Positions 13,645-25,096 of a DNA stretch of 64,000 nucleotides are shown one piece after another. The stretch is from Scyliorhinus canicula (lineage: Eukaryota), in contig NW_024056016.1 of the NCBI RefSeq assembly GCF_902713615.1, positions 1 through 64,000 on the forward strand. The letters are read 5' to 3'. Numbering within the stretch: the first letter of the stretch is position 1; the number at the start of each line of letters is the position of its first letter. The notes below the pieces were generated by a model. That model was not told the origin of the DNA. It did not search any database and saw only the letters and a list, made by a program, of their open reading frames with translations. The position numbers and the translations under genes were made by a program.

Positions 13645-13690
13645 ATGAGGTGGGCCATTTCTCTCAGTTTGTTGCTGACTTTCTTATCCC
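13645..13690 (+). CDS. IGHV: IgM VH leader exon (MRWAISLSLLLTFLS-R)
   Basis: 46-nt exon ending C|GTGAGT; an in-frame upstream ATG at 13633 could add MTRR. Confidence 0.95.
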
Positions 13691-13818
13691 GTGAGTAGTT
13701 TTTATTGTCCAAGTCTCTCACTGTTACTGTCTCAGTGTTAGTCTCTCTCTGGAATGTTCCAGAGTCACCAATCATTTCACCAGCATTAATCCTCGGGCTT
13801 TTTGATATATTTTTACAG

Positions 13819-14123
13819 GTGTCCAGTCGGATATTGTATTGACTCAGCCAGAGGCAGAGACCGGGCGTCCCGGAGGCTCCCTGACACTGACGTGTAAAAC
13901 CAGCGGCTTCGATCTCAACGGCGACTACACGCACTGGGTCCGGCAGGTTCCCGGACAGGGGCTGGAGTGGCTGGCTGCCTACTATCGCTCATCCAGTCAG
14001 TACTACGCCTCAGCGATTCAAGGCCGATTCACCGCTTCCAAAGACCTTTCAAACAGCATCTTCTCTTTGGCCATGACGAACCTGAAGACCGAAGACACCG
14101 CAATCTATTACTGTGCAAGAGAC
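13819..14123 (+). CDS. IGHV: VH exon (…VQS|[22 protein letters not shown]…WVRQ…YYCARD)
   Basis: TTTTACAG acceptor at 13817-13818; both Cys, WVRQ and YYCAR present; no stops; in frame with the leader. Confidence 0.97.
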
Positions 14124-14162
14124 CACAGCGAGAGGAACCAGGGCTGGACCCGTTCAAGAACA
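14124..14162 (+). other. VH 3' RSS, 23-bp spacer
   Basis: CACAGCG + 23 nt + TCAAGAACA. Confidence 0.9.
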
Positions 14163-14514
14163 TCTCGACAGGGAATTCAACAACGTCCATCATAACCTGA
14201 AGGTCAGTACTTGTTTTAAATGTAATGTTAATATCAGTGAACCAGATTCCAAGCTGTTCCCTACAAAATTAGTCTAGAGAAAATGTAATCGTAAAATCTA
14301 ACAAACCAACGTACTTAATGTGGTGAGACTTTAGCTAGTGTGTTTATCTTCTCTGATAACAGTTGTAGCGATGTCTAAATATAATGTTATCTTGAATATG
14401 TCTGTTACACGGAGGAGACCTTTGTGAAATGTTGCATGAATTCTAAACGTGATCAGAATTACGCATCTATTTGAAGTGAATATTGAGCAGCAGGATTGAA
14501 CAGAGAGTGAGTGC

Positions 14515-14592
14515 AGTTTTTGTGCGGGTGTCTGTCACTGTGACTACAGTGGGTCACAGTGCTGTGCACAGCGACATCCTCATACAAAAACC
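14515..14592 (+). other. IGHD: D1 segment (ACTACAGTGGGT, 14543-14554) with 12-bp 5' RSS and 22-bp 3' RSS
   Basis: AGTTTTTGT-12-CACTGTG | D | CACAGTG-22-ACAAAAACC. Confidence 0.95.
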
Positions 14593-14893
14593 TCAGTGAT
14601 AGAGTTTGTTCAAATTGGTGATCAGCACCACAGCAGATTGTCAAAGAAAACGCAAATTAAATCAAATAATAGGTGGAAGTACCATTGCTGTAAAAAAAAT
14701 AACATTTTCATTTCATTAGTATTATTGATCATATTATATCAGGGGTATTAAAAGTATTCCAACTCCTTTTACGACTAGAACAACCAGTCTAGGTTGAAAT
14801 ATCTCACTTGTTCACTGCTGGGCGATTCGGAATCACGTTTTTGAGTGAGCAGTGAAATTAAATCTCTGTGTTTTACAGTTAACAGTCTGCCGC

Positions 14894-14959
14894 AGTATTT
14901 AACACGCTGTGTCTCACTGTGATAACTGGGGCACAGCAGTTACTGTCAATACAAAAAGC
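14894..14959 (+). other. IGHD: D2 segment (ATAACTGGGG, 14922-14931) with 12-bp RSS on both sides
   Basis: AGTATTTAA-12-CACTGTG | D | CACAGCA-12-ACAAAAAGC. Confidence 0.93.
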
Positions 14960-15289
14960 CCCTCAGCACTAATTAACTGAGGCTAGCTCAGTGCTCGCTT
15001 TTACAATCCAACTTTATTCACGGTGAAATATTATTTATGTTCAAAACTGTCTAATTACATATTTCAATATTGTTAATTATGTGATAATCACCCAATTATC
15101 AGTAGATGGTTTGAATGCCATACACATGTGTTACTCTGTGACACATTAAACATTCGGATCATTTACGAAGTGTGAACGATATCCACCAATATAATTATAA
15201 TCACAGGAAGATCTATCGTGGCTTTACTTTGCCTCTGGTTTGTGAATATTAAAAGTAATAGTGGATTTCTATCTATTTTGTGCAGGTTC

Positions 15290-15328
15290 GGTTATTGTAT
15301 GGAGCTGCCCAGAGAATGTGACATTGTG
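15290..15328 (+). other. JH 5' RSS, 23-bp spacer
   Basis: GGTTATTGT + 23 nt + CATTGTG. Confidence 0.9.
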
Positions 15329-15376
15329 ACTATCTGGGCTACTGGGGACAAGGCACCATGGTGACGGTGACTGCAG
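15329..15376 (+). CDS. IGHJ: JH segment (YLGYWGQGTMVTVTA)
   Basis: WGQG motif; donor G|GTAAGA at 15377. Confidence 0.97.
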
Positions 15377-15788
15377 GTAAGAACCATTCAATTATTTGCT
15401 AACTGTTTTACTTCAGTCGTTGTTTTATATTTTTGTCAGTTTTAAAAATTAATTCGTTCACTGAAATGTGGTTTGGTGGATTCTGTATTGAGATGTTTTG
15501 CAATGTTTCATATGATTCTACTGAAAAATGTTATAGAATTAAGCGATTTTTGACAAAAAGATGCTGCTGAGGGATGCAGTCCCTGGTTGTTGTAGTGTGG
15601 TGTTTATTTTCTGAGGATACAGTGTATTGGGTTACTTTAAATACCTAAACGTTGTTATTAAACAGTTTGGCGTTTCTGCAGTGTTTAATCCAGGTTGCAT
15701 CTGATGGGTTTAGATTTTATAACCTGATACAACATCTACTGATACTGTTTGAAATATTACACAATATTAATTAAATGTGGCAAAGTAA

Positions 15789-16016
15789 GGGCAGCACGGT
15801 GGCCTAGTGGTTAGCACAACCGCCTCACGGCGCTGTGGTCCCAGGTTCGATCCCGGCTCTGGGTCACTGTCTGTGTGGAGTTTGCACATTCTCCCCGTGT
15901 CTGCGTGGGTTTCGCCCCCACAACCCAAAAATGTGCAGAGTAGGTGGATTGGCCATGCTAAATTTCCCCTTAATTGGAAAAAATAATTGGGTAATCTAAA
16001 TTTAAAAAGAAAAAAA
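15789..16016 (+). mobile_element. HE1-type SINE, short A-tailed form with 14-bp TSD
   Basis: AAATGTGGCAAAGT at 15773-15786 and 16017-16030 flanks the element. Confidence 0.92.
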
Positions 16017-16326
16017 AAATGTGGCAAAGTTCCAATCTTGATTTATTGAACATAATCTACGTGCTCAAAATGCCGGTGGCAATGTTACATATTTCTGTTT
16101 AATTTAATTGTAATTAATTCGTTTGGTGATGAGCTGGTTGGCTGTATATTTTATCGAGGTTTTGCTGCAATGTTGCAATTGGTTCTGTTGAATGTTTTTG
16201 TCGAAGTGACTTGCTTCTCCATAAAATGAGTTTCAGCCGCTAAATGATGTGTTTGATGTTTTCCTGCTGTGGAGATTGTGTGTCCGGGTGACATTGAATC
16301 TTTAGAATTTGTGAAAAGATTTGGCG

Positions 16327-16394
16327 TTTCACATTGTTTCTGCATTGTTCCTGCATTGTCCCTGCATTGTTTCTGCATTGTTTCTGCATTGTTT
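16327..16394 (+). repeat. 11-bp microarray (TTTCTGCATTG) x5 plus one degenerate copy
   Basis: Read directly. Confidence 0.9.
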
Positions 16395-17719
16395 AAACTC
16401 GGTGACATTGAGCTAGCAGTTACACGTTTTCTCGTTGAATGCCAACAGTCCAAGCGTTTGAATGTTTTGAAGTAAGACTGTAGAGTGTAGTGTAGACAGA
16501 CAATCGGCTGGTTTGGGAATTAAGAAAAAAATTAAGATATAAACTTAGAACAAGTTTTGAATGTTAGTTGATAATTACAGAATAACCCACGTTTACAACA
16601 ATCATTCAGAACATATTTCAGAAACTGTTGATTAACAATTTTGAAAATTGGAGGGTCAACTGGTGCAATTTAAACAAATAAAATGTGGTCATATAACATA
16701 TCAACCAAAGATGTTTTATATTAATATCATTAATCATCAATAACCTTTCACAATTCAGCTGCAATTTGCGCACTATTAACATGGCCGGCAAAGTTAATGG
16801 GTTGGGAACATTTCTTGATTCAATTAAATCGGAATTTTACATTGCAGTTGGGCAATATATGGATCCAGTTATAATATTCGTACAGTGCGACGCAACTATA
16901 TCATTCATTCAATTCCATGTGTAGTTGGATAGCAAGATAATTGGCATTAATCTGATCATGTGGAAGTGGCTGACGTTCAAGGAATTGTTCATATGGTTCG
17001 ACTTGAATTGTCGGATTGTTAACTGCATTTGGTGAGTGATTGAAAAGTAAAGGCTTGAAATTCAAATAGATAAATTTAATCACAGAAGGTAAAAATTAGC
17101 TGGACAAAAAGTAATAACATCTTGTCTCAATTTCTGTGCTGTACATAGGTTAGATTTATAGGAAACAGAAATGGCAAAATAGAAGAATAGATTTGATCTG
17201 AGCCTTGGTTAATCCTTATTAAATATTAAATTTAACAGAAAATCTCGAATTAACTTGCACATTATATTTCAGTACTGCAGAGGATCTGGATGAATTGTTT
17301 TCACTGTGGTTTACGCTGATTACTTCGGATCTCCTTTAATGAAGCATTATATTAATAATTAAATTGCTTGGATTGTCTGAATCATTCAATCTAGGAAACA
17401 GCTTTATTGATCCCAAACTGCCAGGGGCATTATTTATTTATCTATGTAGTTTCACGCGGGAGTCCTGCTTTAACAAGCAGATGATGTTACGTGTCCCGAT
17501 CGCAGTTACTGCAATGTCAACCTGATTAAAAATATTTAAAATACTCCACTCATAAGTTTATCATGTGAATTACACTCTGAGAATAAATGGAATTTAAGAT
17601 TTATAAACATGCTCTGAAATGTGCATATTGAACATTTTTGTAGGTTAAAAGAGTGTAGTTGGAGTAAAGGTAAAATATAAAATTAATTAGATTCAATTAA
17701 AAGTAATAATATTCTTTAT

Positions 17720-17830
17720 TATTGTCACAAGTAGGCTTGCATTAACACTGCAATGAAGTTACTGTGAAAATCCCCTAGACGCCACACCCCAGCGTCTGTT
17801 TGGGCACACAGAGTGTTCACCTAACATGTC
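17720..17830 (-). mobile_element. SINE 3' tail fragment
   Basis: TATTGTCACAAGTAGGCTT…CACTGCAATGAAGTTACTGTGAAAA…; same piece at ~2140-2280, 43033-43178 and 47223-47300. Confidence 0.65.
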
Positions 17831-18689
17831 TGAATACTTCCACCCAGAAATTCAACATTGTATTCTTTAACACTTCTTAAGATTGAATTAAATTATTTAG
17901 CAAAGTTCCAGGCAGAAACAAGTTTTTTTATTTATTGTTTTAATATTGAGTACACATCACCTCATGGAAGAACTGACAATTAACAATAAATTACAATATA
18001 ATACTACTGCTAATTAATTAAACATTAATGACCTCCGACAATTGAGTTGCAGACTGGTGCGCAAAATATCAAAGCTGTCAAAGAATTTGAAATTGTATCG
18101 AAAATGTATTTTGCAAATAATACGTTTCTTTACTCGGATGTTTCACCTCGATTATGTTGTTGATCAAGTTTAATTAAGAAATTAGATACATCAGGCAATC
18201 GGTTTTCAATGTGAATATTTCCCAGTTTTTTTAATTCTCACCATGTCCCTGAAACTCTGTTACTCCTCTCAATCTGTAATATTTGATGCGCTCATTTTCA
18301 GCAAAATTCTGTTTTGCCCAAATTTCGAAATTTGAGAAAGAAAGGGACAAATAGTTGAGGGAGTTTTCAGATGATGATCAATTAATTTCGAAGAAGTTAG
18401 AGAATTATTGTTGTGGTCAATTCTGCTACTGATCAATCGGAATCAAACAATTTGAATGAATTTGGCAGGTTGAACAGATCTATCTGCTGGGAACCCGATT
18501 GTTGCACCGTTTGTGTTTGTTCAGTTTCTGTGCGCGGGGTCATTGTGTTGGGATCAGGAACCTTCCTGACTGGTTGTAAACCTTCTGCTTCGTTCTCCTG
18601 TATTTCCCAGTGAAATTTGATTTCTTTAAAAGGCTTATATCTGTGAGAAATGTGAATCTTTAACTTGGTGTTTGATATGGTGCCACAGA

Positions 18690-20525
18690 TATTGCTCTCT
18701 CACACCCACACACAAACACATTGTCAAACACACACAGGTTCTTTCCCCCTCCTCCCCCCCCCCCCCCCCCCCCCCCCCCCCCACCCTCATCTGTCTGCCT
18801 CTCTCTCTCTTACTCACACACAAACACTGTCAACAATCTTTCTCTCCCCCACACACAGGCTCTTTCTCTCGCTACCACACACACACTCTCTCTCAAACAC
18901 GCAATGTCTTTCACAAAACCGTTCTCTCCCACACACAAACACACAGACACGTTGCTAAACACATATGGGATCTCTCTCTCTTTCTCTGTCTGTCACACAT
19001 ACACACTCAAACACACACTGTCTTTCACAAGATATTTCTCTCCCAAACACGCACTTACACACACATTATCAAACACACACAGTCTCTCTCTCCCTCTCTC
19101 TGTCTCTTCCCCCGCCCTCTCTCTCTTTCTCCCTTTCTCTCTCTCCCTCCCCCTCTGTCTGGCACACTCAACCACAGTTTTTCACAAAATCGTTATATCC
19201 CCACACGGAGACACCGACACACAAACACATTGTTAAACACACGTTGTCTCTCTCTCTCTCTCTCTCTCTCACACTCCCTCCCTCTCTCTCTCTCTCTTTC
19301 ACTCTCTAAACCCCCTCTTTCTCTATCTGTTTATCTCTCTCTGACACACTCAAACATACAGTTTTTCACAAAATCCTTCTCTGCACACACCCACACACAA
19401 ATACACNNNNNNNNNNNNNNNNNNNNNNNNNNNNNNNNNNNNNNNNNNNNNNNNNNNNNNNNNNNNNNNNNNNNNNNNNNNNNNNNNNNNNNNNNNNNNN
19501 NNNNNNNNNNNNNNNNNNNNNNNNNNNNNNNNNNNNNNNNNNNNNNNNNNNNNNNNNNNNNNNNNNNNNNNNNNNNNNNNNNNNNNNNNNNNNNNNNNNN
19601 NNNNNNNNNNNNNNNNNNNNNNNNNNNNNNNNNNNNNNNNNNNNNNNNNNNNNNNNNNNNNNNNNNNNNNNNNNNNNNNNNNNNNNNNNNNNNNNNNNNN
19701 NNNNNNNNNNNNNNNNNNNNNNNNNNNNNNNNNNNNNNNNNNNNNNNNNNNNNNNNNNNNNNNNNNNNNNNNNNNNNNNNNNNNNNNNNNNNNNNNNNNN
19801 NNNNNNNNNNNNNNNNNNNNNNNNNNNNNNNNNNNNNNNNNNNNNNNNNNNNNNNNNNNNNNNNNNNNNNNNNGCACACAGTCTCTCTCTCTGAATCTCT
19901 CTCCCCCTCATACCCCCCGCCACACACACACACACACACAGTCTCTCTCTCTTTCTCTCTCTTCCTGTCTCTCTCCCTCTCCATCATACCCACACACACG
20001 CACACACAGTCTCTCTTCTCTGTCTCTCTCTCTCCCTCAACCCCCCCCCCCCCCCCCCCAAACACAACACACACAGTCTCTCTCTCTTTCTCTGTCTCTC
20101 TCTCTCCCTCATACCCCCCCCCCCCCCCCCCACACAGACACACAGTCTCTCTCTCTCTCTTTCTCTGTCTCTCTCTCTCTCCCTCATTACCCCCCCCCCC
20201 CCCCCCACGCACACACAAAGTCTATCTCTTTCTCTGCCTCTCTCTCCCTCATATCCACACACACCGTCTCTCTCTCTCCCTTTCTCTCTCTCACACACAC
20301 ACGCCATTCACTCAAACACACATTGCCTTTCACAAAGTCATTCTCTCCCACACACCCACACACACATTCATTCTCAAACACACACAGGCACTTTCTCTCG
20401 CACAAACACATCCACACTGTCTTCCAAAATATCTTTCCCTCTCTCACATGCGCACAAAGACAAACATACTCTCTGACACACACCAACACACACAGGAACA
20501 AGAGCCCTCACACACACATTCTCTC
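18690..20525. repeat. CA/CT low-complexity region with poly-C tracts
   Basis: Interleaved (CA)n, (CT)n and C-runs, with a recurring TTTCACAAAA motif. Confidence 0.9.
19407..19873. other. Assembly gap (467 N)
   Basis: Run of N. Confidence 1.
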
Positions 20526-20535
20526 TAGCAGACAG

Positions 20536-23500
20536 AACCAACCCTCACCCAGCCTCACTCACCCACCCTCACCCAGCCTCACTCACCCACCCTCACCCAG
20601 CCTCACTCACCCACCCTCACTAACCAACACTCACCCAGCCACACTCACCCACCCTCACTAACCAACCCTCACCCAGCCTCACTCACCCACCCTCACAAAC
20701 CAACCCTCACCCAGCTTCACTCACCCACCCTCACTAACCAACCCTCACCCACCCTCACTAACCAACCCTCACCCAGCCTCACTCACCCACCCTCACTAAC
20801 CAACCCTCACCCACCCTCACTAACCAACCCTCACCCAGCCTCACTCACCCAGCCGCACTCACCCACCCTCACCCAGCCTCACACACCCACCCTCACCCAG
20901 CCTCACTCACCCACCCTCACTAACCAACCCTCACCCAGCCTCACTCACCCACCCTCACTAACCAACCCTCACCCACCCTCACTAACCAACCCTCACCCAG
21001 CCTCACTCACGGACCCTCACTAACCAACCCTCACCCAGCCTCACTCACCCACCCTCACTAACCAACCCTCACCCAGCCTCACTCACCCACCCTCACTAAC
21101 CAGCCCTCACCCGGCCTCACTCACCCACCCTCACTAACCAACCCTCACCCAGCCTCACTCACCCAACCCTCACTAACCAACCCTCACCCAGCCTCACTCA
21201 CCCACCCTCACTAACCAACCCTCACCCAGCCTCACTCACCCACCCTCACACAGCCTCACCCACCCACCCTCACTAACCAACCCTCACTCAGTCTCACTCA
21301 CCCATCCTCACTAACTAACCCTCACCCAGCCTCACTCACCCACCCTCACTAACCAACCCTCACCCACCCTCACTAACCAACCCTCACCCACCCTCACTAA
21401 CAAACCCTCACCCAGCCTCGCTCACTCACCCTCACTAACCAACCCTCACCCAGCCTCACTCACCCACCCTCACTAACCAACCTTCACCCAGCCTCACTCA
21501 CCCACCCTCACTAACCAACCCTCACCCAGCCTCACTCACCCACCCTCACTAACCAACCCTCACTCAGCCTCACTCACCCACCCTCACCCAGCCTCACTCA
21601 CCCACCCTCACTAACCAACCCTCACCCAGCCTCACTCACCCACCCTCACTAACCAACCCTCACCCAGCCTCACTCACCCAGCTGCACTCACCCACCCTCA
21701 CCCAGCCTCACTCACCCACCCTCACCCAGCCTCACTCACCTACCCTCACAAACCAACCCTCACCCAGCCTCACTCACCCACCCTCACTAACCAACCCTCA
21801 CCCAGCCTCACTCACCCACCCTCACTAACCAATCCTCACCCACCCTCATTCACCCTCACTAACCAACCCTCACACAGCCTCACTCACCCACCCTCACTAA
21901 CCAACCCTCACTCAGCCTCACTCACCCACCCTCACCCAGCCTCACTCACCCACCCTCACTAACCAACCCTCACCCAGCCTCACTCACCCACCCTCACTAA
22001 CCAATCCTCACCCACCCTCATTCACCCTCACTAACCAACCCTCACACAGCCTCACTCACCCACCCTCACTAACCAACCCTCACCCAGCCTCACTCACCCA
22101 CCCTCACTAACCAGCCCTCACCCGGCCTCACTCACCCACCCTCACTAACCAACCCTCACCCAGCCTCACTAACCAACCCTCACCCAGCCTCACTCACCCA
22201 CCCTCACTAACCAGCCCTCACCCGGCCTCACTCACCCACCCTCACTAACCAACCCTCACCCAGCCTCACTCACCCACCCTCACTAACCAACCCTCACCCA
22301 GTCTCACTCACCCACCCTCACTAACCAACCCCCACCCAGCCTCACTCACCCACCCTCACACAGCCTCACCCACCCACCCTCACTAACCAACCCTCACCCA
22401 GTCTCACTCACCCACCCTCACTAACTAACCCTCTCCCAGCCTCACTCACCCACCCTCACTAACCAACCCTCACCCAGCCTCACACACCCACCCTCACTAA
22501 CCAACCCTCACCCACCCTCACTCACCCACCCTCACTAACCAACCCTCACCCAGCCTCGCTCACCCACCCTCACTAACCAACCCTCACCCAGCCTCACTCA
22601 CCCACCCTCACTCACCAACCCTCACCCAGCTTCACACACCCACCCTCACTAACCAATCCTCACCCAGCCTCACTCACCCACCCTCACTAACTAACCCTCT
22701 CCCAGCCTCACTCACCCACCCTCACTAACCAACCCTCACCCAGCCTCACACACCCACCCTCACTAACCAACCCTCACCCACCCTCACTCACCCACCCTCA
22801 CTAACCAACCCTCACCCAGCCTCGCTCACCCACCCTCACTAACCAACCCTCACCCAGCCTCACTCACCCACCCTCACTCACCAACCCTCACCCAGCTTCA
22901 CACACCCACCCTCACTAACCAATCCTCACCCAGCCTCACTGACCCACCCTCACTAACCAACCCTCACCCAGCCTCACTCGCCCACCCTCACACAGCCTCA
23001 CCCACCCACCCTCACTAACCAACCCTCACCCACCCTCACTCACCAACCCTCACCCAGCCTCACTCACCCACCCTCACTAACCAACCCTCACCCAGCCTCA
23101 CCCACCCATCCTCACTAACCAACCCTCACCCAGCCTCACTCACCCACCCTCACTAACCAACCCTCACGCACCCTCACTCACCCACCCTCACTAACCAACC
23201 CTCACCCAGCCTCACTCACCCACCCTCACTAACTAACCCTCACCCAGCCTCACTCACCCACCCTCACTAACCAACCCTCACCCAGCCTCACTCACCCACA
23301 CTCACTAACCAACCCTCACTCAGCCTCATTCACCCACCCTCACCCAGCCTCACTCACCCACCCTCACTAACCAACCCTCACCCAGCCTCACTCACCCACC
23401 CTCACTAGCCAACCCTCACCCACCCTCACTCACCCACCCTCACCCAGCCTCACTCACCCACCCTCACTAACCAACCCTCACCCAGCCTCACTCACCCACC

Positions 23501-25085
23501 CTCGCTAACCAACCCTCACCCAGTCTCACACACCCACCCTCACTAACCAACCCTCACCCAGCCTCACTCACCCACCCTCACTAACCAATCCTCACCCAGC
23601 CTCACTCACCCACCCTCACTAACCAACCCCTACCCAGCCTCACTCACCCACCCTCACTAACCAACCCTCACCCAGCCTCACTCACCCACCCTCACTAACC
23701 AACCCTCACCCAGCCTCACTCACCCACCCTCACTAACCAACCCTCACCCAGCCTCACTCACCCACCCTCACTAACCAACCCTCACCCAGTCTCACACACC
23801 CACCCTCACTAACCAACACTCACCCAGCCTCACTCACCCACACTCAGTCGCCACACTCACTCACCAACTCTCACTCACACTCACTCACACTTACTCACCA
23901 ACCCTCACCCACCCTCATTCACTCTCACTCACTCGCCCACCCTCACCCACACTCACATTCACTCACCCACACTCAACCACCCCACTCACTCACACTCACT
24001 CACCAGCCCTCACCCACCCTCACTCATTCATCCCCACTCACCCTCACTCACCCTCATTGACTCTCACTCACTCACCCACCCTACCCACACTCACACTCAC
24101 GCACCCTCACTCACCAACCCTCACTGACACTCACTCACCCACACTCAACTACCCCACTCACACTCACTCACCCTCACTCACCAACCCTCACTCACCCTCA
24201 CTCACCAACCCTCTCCCACCCTCACTCACTCACACTCATTCACCTACACTGAATCACCCACTCACACTCATTCACCCCCACTCACCCTCACTCACCAACC
24301 TTCACGCACCCTCATTCACTCTCACTCACTCACCCACCCTACCCACACTCACTCAACTCACTGACCCTCACTCACCAACCCTCACTGACACTCACTCACC
24401 CACACTCAACTACCCCACTCACACTCACTCACCCTCACTCACCAACCCTCACTCACCCTCACTCACCAACCATCTCCCACCCTCACTCACTCGCACTCAT
24501 TCACCCACACTGAATCACCCACTCACACTCATTTACCCCCACTCACCCTCACTCACCAACCCTCACCACCCTCATTCACTCTCACTCACTCACCCACCCT
24601 ACCCACACTCACTCACACTCACTGACCCTCACTCACCAACCCTCACTGACACTCGCTCACCCACACTCAACTACCCCACTCACACTCACTCACCCTCACT
24701 CACCAACCCTCACTCACACTCACTCACCAGTCCTTACTCACTCACATTCACTTATTCACTCACTCCACACAACTTAATTCACTCCCCTCACTCAACCAGT
24801 CTCACACACCCACCCTCGCTCACTTTTCATAACTCACCCACCCTCACTCACCCACACTCATTCACCCTCACTCATCCACCCTCTTTACTCAACCCCATTT
24901 CCCCGCCCTCACTGAGCCTCACCTTCATTCACCTACCTTCACTCACTCAGTAGGCCTCATTCACACATGCTCACTCACACACTGTCACTCACTCTCCATC
25001 ACTCATCCACCCTCCATTACTCACGCAGCCACATTCATGAAGCTCAGCTCACCCAAACTCTCACTCAACACCAAACCGCCCACCC
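20536..25085. repeat. C-rich 38-bp minisatellite (CTCACCCACCCTCACTAACCAACCCTCACCCAGCCTCA); homogeneous to ~23810, then degenerate
   Basis: Unit read directly; degenerate C-rich sequence resumes at 25740-25925. Confidence 0.95.
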
Positions 25086-25096
25086 ATGTATTTACA

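Noticed and set aside
14109-14115. Embedded TACTGTG heptamer for VH replacement
   Set aside because: It is forced by the Tyr-Cys codons, and there is no upstream V within this cluster.
14124-14195. C-terminal extension of the VH ORF (HSERNQGW…)
   Set aside because: It is read-through into the RSS and spacer, which V(D)J recombination removes.
14836-14870. RSS-like CGTTTTTGA … CTCTGTG upstream of D2
   Set aside because: The spacer is 19 bp and the heptamer is altered; no partner signal.
20536-23810. Interstitial telomere (CCCTCA and CTAACC resemble CCCTAA)
   Set aside because: There are no runs of TTAGGG and the period is 38 bp; the similarity is limited to variant hexamers.
18672-24953. 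618-aa and 298-aa His/Thr/Pro/Ser-rich ORFs
   Set aside because: Products of CA/CT and C-rich repeats; one spans the N gap.
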